This document shows, in pieces, positions 18,567 through 27,444 of a DNA stretch of 40,000 nt. Under the pieces are notes generated by a model that was given only the letters and a program-made list of their open reading frames with translations, searched no databases and was not told the DNA's origin. Every line of letters starts with the position of its first letter. Within the stretch, counting starts at the first letter, position 1. This DNA is from an uncultured Gemmataceae bacterium. Lineage in GTDB: Bacteria > Planctomycetota > Planctomycetia > Gemmatales > Gemmataceae. The position numbers and the translations under genes were made by a program. The stretch lies in assembly GCA_963750165.1 (NCBI GenBank), contig CAVVPN010000012.1, positions 1,277,436 through 1,317,435 of the forward strand, read 5' to 3'.

Positions 18567-20873
18567 CCGTTCAGCCTCGGCAGGCCGATGTCGAGCAGGA
18601 TCACGTCCGGTCGGAACGCTTCGGCCAGCTCCAGCGCCTCCAACCCGTCGTGGGCGATGCGCGTGTCGTTGCCCAGCAGAGACAGCATCATGGACAGGCT
18701 GGTCGCCGCGTCCCGGTTGTCGTCCACGACCAGGACGCGGCGCCGCGGCCCCTGGGGGCGTACCTCCCGGGCCGGATCGGGAGACCAAGACGGCTCCGTG
18801 GTCATCGGCAGGCGCACGGTGAACTCACTGCCCTGCCCCGGCCCGTCACTGTGGGCCGCGACCGTGCCGCCGTGCATCTCCACCAACCCCTTGACCAGTG
18901 CCAGCCCGATGCCCAGCCCCCCCTGCGCGCGCTCCAGATTGGTTTCCACCTGCGAGAACAGGGCGAACAGCGAGGGCAGCGCTGCCACGGGAATGCCGAT
19001 GCCCGAGTCGCGCACTGTCACCACGACCTCGGAACCGTCCAGCCGGGCCGACAGCACGATGCGGCCGCCCGGGTCGGTGTACTTGGCGGCATTGTTGAGC
19101 AGGTTCCAGAAGACCTGCGCCAGCCGGGTCAGGTCGGCGTTCAGGAAGACCGGCTGCGGCGGCAGCGCCACGCTAAGAGCCTGTCCCTTGGCGTTGAGGA
19201 GCGGCCGGACGGTCTCGACGGCGTTCTCGAGTACCGCGGCCAGGTTCACGCGGGTCCAGCGCAGCTCCAGCTTGTTGCTGGTAATGCGGCTCACGTCCAG
19301 CAGGTCGTCCACCAGGCGCACCAGCTGAATGACTTGCCGGTCCATCATGGCCTGGGCCTGCGCGGTTCGCCGGGTCGTCCGTCAGCGCCAGGGCTTGCAG
19401 GGCGGTACGGATGGGGGCCAACGGATTTCGCAGCTCGTGAGCCAGCGTCGCCAGGAACTCGTCCTTGCGCCGATCCGCCTGGCGCAGTTCTTGCTCCGCC
19501 CGCTTCCGCGCTGTTATGTCCTGGCGCACCCCCACCAGGCGCACCGGCCGGCCCTGGTCGTCGCAGAAGACCTTGCCCTTGCCGAACAGCCAGCGCTCGC
19601 CGTCGTCCGTCGCGGCACTGCGGAACTCGACCTCGAACTCGGAACCGGTCGCCAGGGCGTCTTCGTAGGCCCGGCGAACCGCCGCACGGTCGTCGGGGTG
19701 GACGAGGGCGTCGAACCCTTCCTGGGAAGGCGGCACCGTCCCGGCGGGCAGGCCGTGCACCGGTTCGAAGTTGTCCGACCACCACATCTGGTTGGTGGCC
19801 GGACTCCACTCCCAGACGCCCATGCGGCCCGCCTCCAGGGCCAGGTGCAGCCGCTCCACGCTGTCGCGCACGGTCTTCTCCGCAGCCCGCCGCGCCGTCA
19901 CGTCGCGGAAGACCAGGACGACACCGAGTGTCCCGCCGTCGTCTCGGATGGGAGCGGCGCTCTCCTCAATGGGTCGCCGCGTCCCGTCCCGGGCGACGAT
20001 CGCCATGTGGTGGGACAGGCCGGCCAGTTGGCCCTCGCGCAGCACCTGGACGACCGGGTTCTCGGCCGGTTCGCCGGTCTGCTCGTTGACGATGTGAAAC
20101 ACGTTCTCCAGGGGCCGCCCCTCGGCCTCGCCCAGGGGCCAGCCGGTCAGCTGCTCGGCCACCGGGTTGAGGAAGATCACCCGGCCCTGGGCGTCGGTGC
20201 AGACGACCGCGTCGCCGATGCTCGCCAGGGTGATGCGGAACCACTCGTGCTGTTGCCGGACGGCCTCGGCCTGCTCCTCCGCCGCCCGGCGGGCCGCCGC
20301 CTCCTCCCGCAACCGCTGGGCGTCCGCCTCCGCCTGCTGCCGCTCGGTCAGGTCGCGCGTGATCTTGGAAAAGCCTCGCAGGTTCCCGGCTGGGTCGCGC
20401 AGGGCGGTCAGGACCACGCTGGCCCAGAAGCGGGAGCCGTCCTTGCGCACCCGCCAGCCCTCTTCCTTGTACGCTCCCTCGGCGGCGGCCGTCCGCAGCC
20501 CCTGCTCCGGCCGGCCCGCCTGGACCGCCTCGGGCGGGTAGAACAGCGCGAAGGACTGGCCGAGGACCTCCTCGGCCCGGTACTGCTTGATGCGCTCCGC
20601 CCCCGGGTTCCAGGAGGCGATGCGGCCGTCGGGCCCCAGCAGGTAGATGGCGTATTCCTTCGTACCCTCCACGAGCAGCCGGAAGCGCTCCTCACTGGCC
20701 CGTAGCTCCTCGATCTGTCGCTCCAGCTCGGCGTTGGCCTGTTTCAAAGCGCCCTCGGCCCTGACGCGAGCCGTCACCTCGCGCTCCAGTTCGGTTGTGT
20801 TGCGCATGGTCAGGAGCCTCGACATGAATTCGAACATCAACCGACCGCCGGCCGATGTATTGAACAAGACCAC
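18374..20873 (-). pseudogene. hybrid sensor histidine kinase (3 PAS, HisKA, HATPase_c, REC) with one apparent frame change; track ORFs 19173..20873 and 18374..19348
   Basis: The upstream ORF has three PAS-like segments and the H-box [18 protein letters not shown]...LTDDPANRA. The downstream ORF continues (AQAQA)[21 protein letters not shown]. It then has the ATPase motifs (DSGIGI, GGLGIGL) and a receiver domain (VLVVDDN...LLDIGLP...HLVKP). The frames switch near 19359-19372. Confidence 0.75.
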
Positions 20874-21169
20874 CGAGGTGGTCGCGCGGCACCATCAACA
20901 CCCGGTCCTGCGCCGTTTCGCGAAGAACAAGCGATCATGAACCGGCGTAATCAGGTAAGTGATTCCCTCAGCCGTCATGGCCGGAGGACAGGGAAGGCCG
21001 CCTCTCGCAAGCGGGTGTGTAAGCAAGATCATTGTACTGCAAGCTCGGCAAGCCCGGTAGGGCCGCTGTTCAACGCGGCGCCGTTTCCGTAAACGAACCC
21101 TGGCCGGGCCGCCTCGGGCCGGCCGGCGGCGGCCGCCGCCCCCGTGTACGCCAACCCCTCCAGGATCGC

Positions 21170-22274
21170 ATGAAGATCACCCGCATCCGCGCCTACCGCG
21201 TGGACCTGCCGCTGCACGAGGGCAGTTACAAGTGGTCCGGCGGCAAGGCCGTCACTGTCTTCGACAGCACTGTGGTGCGCATCGACACCGACGCCGGCGT
21301 CGCGGGCTACGGTGAGGTCTGCCCGCTCGGCCCCTTCTATCTGCCCGCCTACGCCAGCGGCGCCCTGCGCGGGCATCGCCGAACTGGGGCCGCACCTGCT
21401 CGGCGAAAATCCCCTCGAATTGCAGAAGCTCAACCGCCGCATGGACGCCGCCCTGCAGGGCCACCCCTACGTCAAGTCCGCCCTGGACATGGCTTGCTGG
21501 GATCTCCTCGGCAAGGCCACCGGCCAGCCGGTCTGCACGCTGCTCGGCGGCCGCCACGGCGAAGATTTCGGTCTGTATCGGGCCATCTCGCAGGAGGCGC
21601 CGGAGGCCATGGCCGGCCGCGTCGCCAGCTACCGCGCCGAGGGCTACCGCCGCTTCCAGTTGAAGGTAGGCGGCGACCCGGCCGAGGACATCGAGCGCAT
21701 CCGCGCCGCGGCGGCCCAGCTGCAACCGGGCGACCGCCTCATCGCCGACGCCAACACCGGCTGGCTCATGCACGACGCCCTGCGTGTGGTCCGGGCCGTG
21801 CGCGATGTGGACGTGTACATCGAGCAGCCGTGCCGCAGTTACGAGGAGTGCCTGACGGTGCGCCGCCACACCGACCACCCGTTCGTGCTCGACGAGGTGA
21901 TCGACTCGCTCGACGTGCTGCTGCGCGGCCACGCCGACCGGGCGATGGACGTGGTCAACCTCAAGATCAGCAAGCTCGGCGGCCTGACAAAGACGAAACA
22001 GGTTCGCGATCTGTGCGTGGCCCTGGGCGTGGCGCTGACGCTGGAGGACAGCTGGGGCGGCGACATCGTGACCGCGGCCATCGCTCACCTGGCGCACAGC
22101 ACGCCGCCGGAGCTGCTGTTCACGGCCACCGACTTCAACAGCTATGTGACGGTCAGCAACGCCGAGGGGGCGCCGCGGCGCGTCCACGGCCGGCTGGCGG
22201 CGCCGGCGGTGCCCGGCCTGGGTGTGACGCCGCGCTGGGACGTGCTGGGCGCCGCGGTGGTGGATGTGGGGTGA
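21170..22274 (+). pseudogene. mandelate racemase/muconate lactonizing enzyme family (enolase superfamily) protein with one apparent frame change
   Basis: ATG 21170 gives [26 protein letters not shown]...[22 protein letters not shown]. The frame changes at gcgGGGcat (21371-21373). It continues [14 protein letters not shown]...FQLKVGG...ADANTGW...YIEQP...LDEV...NLKISKLGG, which includes the metal-ligand positions. Confidence 0.7.
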
Positions 22275-22399
22275 CTTTCTCGTCTCGGTGGGGAGTCACC
22301 TGGCCACCTGGCCACATGGCGCGCCTCCCATCTCACCACAGGTGACAACCAGCGGCACCGCCCGACACGCTACCCCCGCGCGCCACGCGCTCCGGCGCA

Positions 22400-22484
22400 G
22401 TTTGCGTTTGGGTGTAGCGGAAGTCGCCAGACTTCCGAAGCCGCTCCGGAAGTCTGGCGACTTCCGCTACACCCAAACGCAAAC
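22400..22484. repeat. 85-nt perfect nested palindrome (38-bp arms, 9-nt centre)
   Basis: The left arm is 22400-22437 (gtttgcgtttgggtgtagcggaagtcgccagacttccg). It is the exact reverse complement of 22447-22484. Each arm also contains its own 8-bp hairpin (cggaagtc-N4-gacttccg). Confidence 0.9.
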
Positions 22485-22557
22485 CGCTCTAAAATGAGGG
22501 TGTCTCTCTCCGTGGAGAGCCCAGTGGTCCCGTCCCGCGGCAAGCGCGAGGAGTCCC

Positions 22558-23874
22558 ATGAATCAACAACGTCATGTGCAAGGTGTCGTCGGTCTGCTGC
22601 TCGGGCTGACGCTGGCGTGGCCGGCCGTCGGCGGCCCGGGCGGCGGCCAGAAAAAGGACCAGCCCCCGAAGCAGAAGCCGGACCTGCGCACCGGCATTGC
22701 GGTGTGTCAGTCGCCGACCGGCACACTGATCGCCGCCTACGGGCCGGGGCCGAACAGTCTCGTCGTGCGCGGCAAGGGTGTGCTGTTCCCGGACGACCTG
22801 ATGCTGGCGCTGCCGGGCTACCGTGCCGAGGTGGAGACGCTCAAGGCGGAGGCGCGGCTGGCGCTGGTGGGCAACGTTCAGGTGTCGGCCACGCCGGTGC
22901 GCGAGAGCGCTGTCCGGCTGCACAAAAGTGCCGGCGTGCCCCTGGATTTCACGCTGGACCGCGGCCGGGTGTTCGTCCGGGCCCACCAGGCCAAGGAACC
23001 GGTGCGCGTCCGCGTGCGCGCGTTGAAGGAGGTGCTGGAACTGGAGCTGGAGCCGGGCGCGGAGGTGGCGCTGGAGCGCTTCAGTCGCTGGCTGCCGGGG
23101 GTGCCGTTCCTGGCGAAACCGAAGAAGGGCCACGAGCCGGTGACCGAGGTCCACCTGTTGCTGCTCAAGGGCCGGATCAAGGCGAAGCTGAACGACGACC
23201 AGGGTGAGCAGACGTTCCAGGGGCGGATGCTGTATCAGTGGAACAGCGACCGCGGCGTGGTCGGGCCGATCGCCTTGAAGAAGGTGCCCGACTGGGCCGC
23301 GGACAAGCCGGAGCCACTCGCCAAGGACGTGCAGGCGGCGCTGGAGAAGTTGACCAGGGCGCTCTCCAAGAAAGAGCCGGCCACGGTCATCGAGGAGAAC
23401 CTGGGCTCCAGCGACGCGGCCACGCGCGCGTTGATGGTGGCCTGGGCGGAGGCCATCGACCAGCCGGGCCGCGTCTGGGAAGCACTGAACGACAGCAAAC
23501 ACGCGGACGCGCGGGCGGCGGCGGTCCTGAGCCTGCGTCACTGGATCGGCCGCGGCACCGCCAACGACGTGGCGCTGTATCGGCTGCTGCTGAACAGGAA
23601 GTTGAAGCCGGCGCACGCCGAGATCGTCATGCAGCTGCTGCACGGCTTCACGGACGCGGATCGGGCGCGGCCCGAGACGTATGAGGCGCTGATCGGCTAC
23701 CTGGATCACGACCAGCTGGCGATCCGCGCGTTGTCGCACTGGCATCTGGTGCGGCTGGTGCCGAAGGGCGGCGACATCGCATACGACGCCGGCGCCGCCC
23801 AGCGCGCCGCCGGCGTGGCGGCGTGGCGCAAACTGGTGCCGGCGGGACAGCTGCCCGCAGCAGAGAAAAAGTGA
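22558..23874 (+). CDS. secreted hypothetical protein with C-terminal helical (HEAT-like) region
   Basis: GAGGAG lies before ATG 22558. The signal peptide is MNQQRHVQGVVGLLLGLTLAWPAVGG. Amino-acid composition is coherent across 438 aa. No family was recognised. Confidence 0.7.
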   Translation: MNQQRHVQGVVGLLLGLTLAWPAVGGPGGGQKKDQPPKQKPDLRTGIAVCQSPTGTLIAAYGPGPNSLVVRGKGVLFPDDLMLALPGYRAEVETLKAEARLALVGNVQVSATPVRESAVRLHKSAGVPLDFTLDRGRVFVRAHQAKEPVRVRVRALKEVLELELEPGAEVALERFSRWLPGVPFLAKPKKGHEPVTEVHLLLLKGRIKAKLNDDQGEQTFQGRMLYQWNSDRGVVGPIALKKVPDWAADKPEPLAKDVQAALEKLTRALSKKEPATVIEENLGSSDAATRALMVAWAEAIDQPGRVWEALNDSKHADARAAAVLSLRHWIGRGTANDVALYRLLLNRKLKPAHAEIVMQLLHGFTDADRARPETYEALIGYLDHDQLAIRALSHWHLVRLVPKGGDIAYDAGAAQRAAGVAAWRKLVPAGQLPAAEKK

Positions 23875-24050
23875 GCACCAGGGAAGGCGTGACCGGGTGG
23901 CCGGGCGGCAGGAGATACCCTCGTTCCCAAACCGGAGTTCGGAGCCAAATTCCTCCCTGCCGCAGAGGGTTCTCGGGACATTCTAAAGATTTCCGAGGTG
24001 GCTATTCTTTTCCCTGGCGCACTTCTTGCTTTCCGGTTCCGGGGATGTTC

Positions 24051-24091
24051 CGCTCTCCCGCAAGCGCTGGGCCAGCGCTTGCGGGAGAGCG
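24051..24091. repeat. 41-nt perfect palindrome (20-bp arms)
   Basis: cgctctcccgcaagcgctgg-g-ccagcgcttgcgggagagcg. It lies 175 nt downstream of the preceding gene and is followed by a T-rich stretch, so it may be a terminator. Confidence 0.8.
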
Positions 24092-24150
24092 TAAAACCTG
24101 AAAAGTGATTTTTGTTAGGGCGCGCGGCGCCCCAAATCACCTGGTTCGGG
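24090..24150 (+). repeat. 61-nt direct repeat, copy 1 (contains imperfect hairpin)
   Basis: Sequence cgtaaaacctgaaaagtgatttttgttagggcgcgcggcgccccaaatcacctggttcggg. It aligns to copy 2 at roughly 85 percent identity by eye. Confidence 0.8.
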
Positions 24151-24298
24151 CGCCCAGACAGCGCCGGCCGGTTCGGTGGGTGTCGGCTTGCCCTCTCCGG
24201 GCATTTCCGATAAAAAAAGTGCGCGCTTATTGACTTTCGAGATTCGACCGATTACGCTCACCCGCGGGCGCTCCGCTCCGCGGGGGCTTGCTGGTGAA

Positions 24299-24360
24299 CG
24301 TAAAACCTGAAACAGTAACCTTGTTAGGGCGCGCTGCGCGCCCTAATCACCTGGTTCGTG
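24299..24360 (+). repeat. 61-nt direct repeat, copy 2 (contains perfect 11-bp hairpin ttagggcgcgc-t-gcgcgccctaa)
   Basis: Sequence cgtaaaacctgaaacagtaaccttgttagggcgcgctgcgcgccctaatcacctggttcgtg. It ends about 20 nt before the start codon of the next gene. Confidence 0.8.
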
Positions 24361-24381
24361 AGGGGAGCGGGGGGGCGTCGC

Positions 24382-24999
24382 ATGGGCAACAAGGCGTGGC
24401 TGACAACGGCGGCTACGCGGCAGACCTACCCCAGCCTCCAAGAACCGGCTTACAACGCCGCCCGGCATTCCGTTGCCTGCTGCGATTGGGGTATCCCGCT
24501 GCTCTGGCTCCCACTGTTCCGGCCGTCGGACCTGCTCGTCGAGAGCGTGACCGTCGAGTGCGGCAAGACGTATCGTGACCCTGCGCCCGTAGTGGACACC
24601 CCAAGGGCGTTGGAAAGGCTGGCAGGAGCCGTGGCCCGGCTCGATGCGTTGTTCCGGGAGCAGGGCTCGGTCGCTCGGTACGCAGCCATGCTCCGTGAGG
24701 CAATCGCATCGACTGCCCGGCCCTTCGTCACCTTGGAAGCGGCGGCGCTGGCCGGGGCGGGCGCGCCAGAGGAGTTCTATCGAAACCTGGAGCGGGCATT
24801 GGCCTACTTGGATCAGCCGGATAGCTACGAGGGGCGGCATGAGTTGCTCTACTTGACGCCTACAGTCAGCGAGCCAGAGATGCCATTCCCGAACCCCGAG
24901 GAAGTGGGGGAGGAGAGTGACATCGAGGGGATGGAGATGCTTCGGTTTCTGCTTGGCGAACGGTGGGAGCGACCTGTGCCCTGGGAACCGATGCGGTGA
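24382..24999 (+). CDS. hypothetical protein
   Basis: ATG 24382 follows GAGGGGAG (the track ORF starts at 24358). Composition is coherent (MGNKAWLTT...GIPLLWLPLFRPSDLL...acidic C-terminus). No family was recognised. Confidence 0.6.
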   Translation: MGNKAWLTTAATRQTYPSLQEPAYNAARHSVACCDWGIPLLWLPLFRPSDLLVESVTVECGKTYRDPAPVVDTPRALERLAGAVARLDALFREQGSVARYAAMLREAIASTARPFVTLEAAALAGAGAPEEFYRNLERALAYLDQPDSYEGRHELLYLTPTVSEPEMPFPNPEEVGEESDIEGMEMLRFLLGERWERPVPWEPMR

Positions 25000-25099
25000 G
25001 GAGCGTCTGGCACGAACAAGCCGCTACAGCGGACGACCCCCACACCGGAAGAAAAAGGAAGAAAAAGAGTGCCATGTGCCAATGAGATGACGCGGTATT

Positions 25100-27100
25100 T
25101 ACGGACGGTGTACGCCACCGCCCATTGACGGCTTCATCAAGGAGTCGCGGAGTAGCATTTGCAGTGCCACGAACCAGCCTCTCTCGTTGGTTTGATCACC
25201 GTCTCGCCATACTGGTATATCAGGGGAGTGACCCCACGGTGCCGTATCAGGCGTTGGTGATCCGAGAGAGCGCAAGCTTTTCCTAGGGTTCACCCCTTGG
25301 GGACAAAAGGCGTTCTCGGCTCGCGATCCCGCTCCGGCGGAGGTCTACTCCCCTGACGCTGCTGATTGTACCGCGCCGACCCCCAGGCGCGCCAACACGA
25401 TCGGCAGGATGTCCCCCAGCAACTGGGGGCCACGCCGATGACCGTCCTGGATCTTTTGCAACTCCTCGGCCAACGGCCTGGCCTCGGCGGCATGTTCGCG
25501 CGACGGGATTTGCCCGATGGCCGCTTGCAGGTCGCGCAGCACCTCGGCCATGCCCGTGTCGTGGTCGCGGTGGAAGGCCGTCAGCTTGTCGAGGATGTAA
25601 TGGCGACCCTGGATGCTGGGGTGGCGAAAGACCTGGCGGCCGGCCACCATCTGGAAGGCGATGCGGCAGAAGCGCAGCGCCACCTTGACGCGCGTGTGCC
25701 GCGGGTCCTTGCCCTGTGCCGCCCACTGCGTCGCCAACACCCCGAAGTGGTGGTTGCAGACGATCAGGTTGTCGGCGATGCCGAGGATGGCGGCGCGGAG
25801 GGAACGGTTGCAGTTGCGGACCAGCGGGCCGTTGGCTTTGTCCACTTGGTCACTCTGATAACGGGACGGTCGCAGGCCGGCGCGGCCGGTGATGGCCTTG
25901 GCGTTGGCGTAGTGTTCGATCGGCCCCATCTCGCCGGCGAAGTCGGCGGCGCTGACGACGTTGACGCCGGGGAAGGACAGCAGCAGCACGTAGGGCGTCT
26001 GCACCAGCCGGCCGGCGATGTCGCGTTCCAGGGCCAGAATTTCCTGGGTTTTTTGCTGGCGATCGTGGTAGTAAGGCCAGGGCAATGCGGCGGTGCTGCT
26101 CGGCGGCGACATCGCCCGGCGCGGCCTGGTCGGCCCAGTCGAGGACCGTTTGCACGGTGCGTTGCTGGAAGCGGATGCCGGCCTGACGCAGGGAGTGACA
26201 GAGGGTTGTCAATCCGGCCTCGCGCAGTTGGTCGGCGGTCGGGAAGTGGCGGAGCAAGTGCCAGGGGACGGGACTCTCCCAGAGCTTGTCGAAGCAGGCG
26301 GCGAACCCGGGCAAGGCGGCTTCGAGGTGGTCGCGGATCTGGCAGTTGAGGGCGGCGCCTTTGCGGACGAGGTCGCGGCGTTGGCGGATGAGCAGGAGCA
26401 AGGAGGTCCAGGCCTCGTCGCGGGTGGCTTCGAGCAAGGCGCAGCCGGTGACGGTGGCGCGATGAATGGCGGCCAGGTCGGTGTCGTCGGTCTTGTTGCC
26501 GGGATCGACGGGTTGGCGATACTGCTTGGTGACGAAGGGATGGAGGATGCGGGTCTCGAAGCCGGCGGCGGCGAAGGTGCGTTGCACGATGCGGTGATAG
26601 CGGCCGGTGCGTTCGATGGCGACGAGGCCGTCGCGGAGCTGGTGCTCGGCGAAAGCTTGGCGGACCTGGGCGACGGCCGCGTCGAGGTCGGGGCGGTTGT
26701 GGGCGACGGTCGTGGGTGGCATGCAGGACGCGGCCGTAGAAGTCGGCGAGGAGGAACTTGGAGCGTGCCTTGGCGCAGTCGAAGCAGACGATGCCGAAGT
26801 GTTCGGGCCCGACCCGCTGGACGCGGGGATGGAGCACGCCGTGGGGCTTGCCGAGGGAGGGTGCCGGACGACGGGACGAGGGACGGTTTGTGGGTACGAG
26901 AAGTGGCCATGAGACCTGCCTCCGGTAAAAGAGAGAGGGCTCATCTCATTCTGGCAGCTGGCTCGTCGGAATGGGTTATTTCTTTGCTAAAACCCACATA
27001 CCAGGGGACGCGGACATTTTTCTTGACCCGAACCAGTCGTTGCACGTGACGGGCCATCTACGGTCAATCTAATAATATTTAGTCGAGCGGCCCGCACGTG
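25100..27100 (-). mobile_element. IS110-family insertion sequence, degenerate (boundaries approximate)
   Basis: It contains the IS110-type transposase remnants listed separately, plus about 200-250 nt of non-coding DNA on each side. No terminal inverted repeats are visible, as is usual for IS110, so the ends cannot be fixed from one copy. Confidence 0.6.
25345..26910 (-). pseudogene. IS110-family transposase (DEDD N-terminal domain plus Transposase_20 C-terminal domain) broken by 2-3 frame changes
   Basis: Three frames must be joined. First, (MATSRTHK.. from ATG 26910 after GGAGG, or GTG 26837) ...RVQRVGPEHFGIVCFDCAKARSKFLLADFYGRVL. Second, PPTTVAHNRPDLDAAVAQV...LVAIERTGRYHRIV...TDDTDLAAIHRA...AAEQHRRIAL. 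Third, PWPYYHDRQQKTQEILALERDIA...FPGVNVVSAADFAGEMGPIEHYANAKAITGRAGLRPSRYQS. The switches are near 26710-26730 and 26070-26090. Confidence 0.75.
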
Positions 27101-27135
27101 AACTGAGTTGTTCGCCAGCTTGGGAGGGGTCCGTC

Positions 27136-27444
27136 GTGCCGAGCGATGTCCAAACCGTCTGTGAGGCGATCGCTCGTCAACGAAAGTATGGCCACCTTAC
27201 ATGCGCGGTTGATGACGGGAGCGCGGCCGTCGATCCGCGGGGTTGCCGCGTAGTTCTGGATGAGTTTGTTGGGACCTTTGGATTCAAGGGACTTGCTGAC
27301 GGGTGGATCGAACTCAGCATCCAGGCCGCCAAGACACTCGTGCGCGAAATCTTACTCAAGGATTTAGCTTACCGCATCGCCATGATGTCAGAAGAAGAGG
27401 CGGCCCTGCTCACCGAACGCTTTTTTGGGTTCTTCCGTTTTTAG
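27136..27444 (+). CDS. hypothetical protein, 3' end replaced by the ISL3 terminus
   Basis: GTG 27136 follows GGGAGGGG. The region is lower in GC. The reading frame runs into the ISL3 inverted repeat (which starts at 27428), and the last codons and the stop come from IS sequence. Confidence 0.4.
   Translation: MPSDVQTVCEAIARQRKYGHLTCAVDDGSAAVDPRGCRVVLDEFVGTFGFKGLADGWIELSIQAAKTLVREILLKDLAYRIAMMSEEEAALLTERFFGFFRF

Noticed and set aside
21032-22345. 437-aa plus-strand ORF and 311-aa minus-strand ORF (21252..22187) overlapping the enolase-family gene
   Set aside because: Only codons from ATG 21170 to about 21370 of the 437-aa frame look real ([15 protein letters not shown]...). The rest is Arg/Pro/Gly-rich out-of-frame read-through. 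The minus-strand ORF is antisense.
22489-23745. 418-aa minus-strand ORF
   Set aside because: It is antisense to the signal-peptide-bearing 438-aa protein. It is Arg/Gln/Leu-rich with no motifs.
24228-24262. Possible second att copy (tttcgagattcgaccgatt vs ccgagaggattcgaacctccg of the tRNA fragment) that would delimit a 9-kb island
   Set aside because: The similarity is limited to about 12 scattered matches with gaps, which is compatible with chance.
24090-24360. Possible CRISPR array (repeats containing a palindrome)
   Set aside because: There are only two copies, about 85 percent identical. Each is 61 nt long, separated by 209 nt. No cas genes are present in the window.
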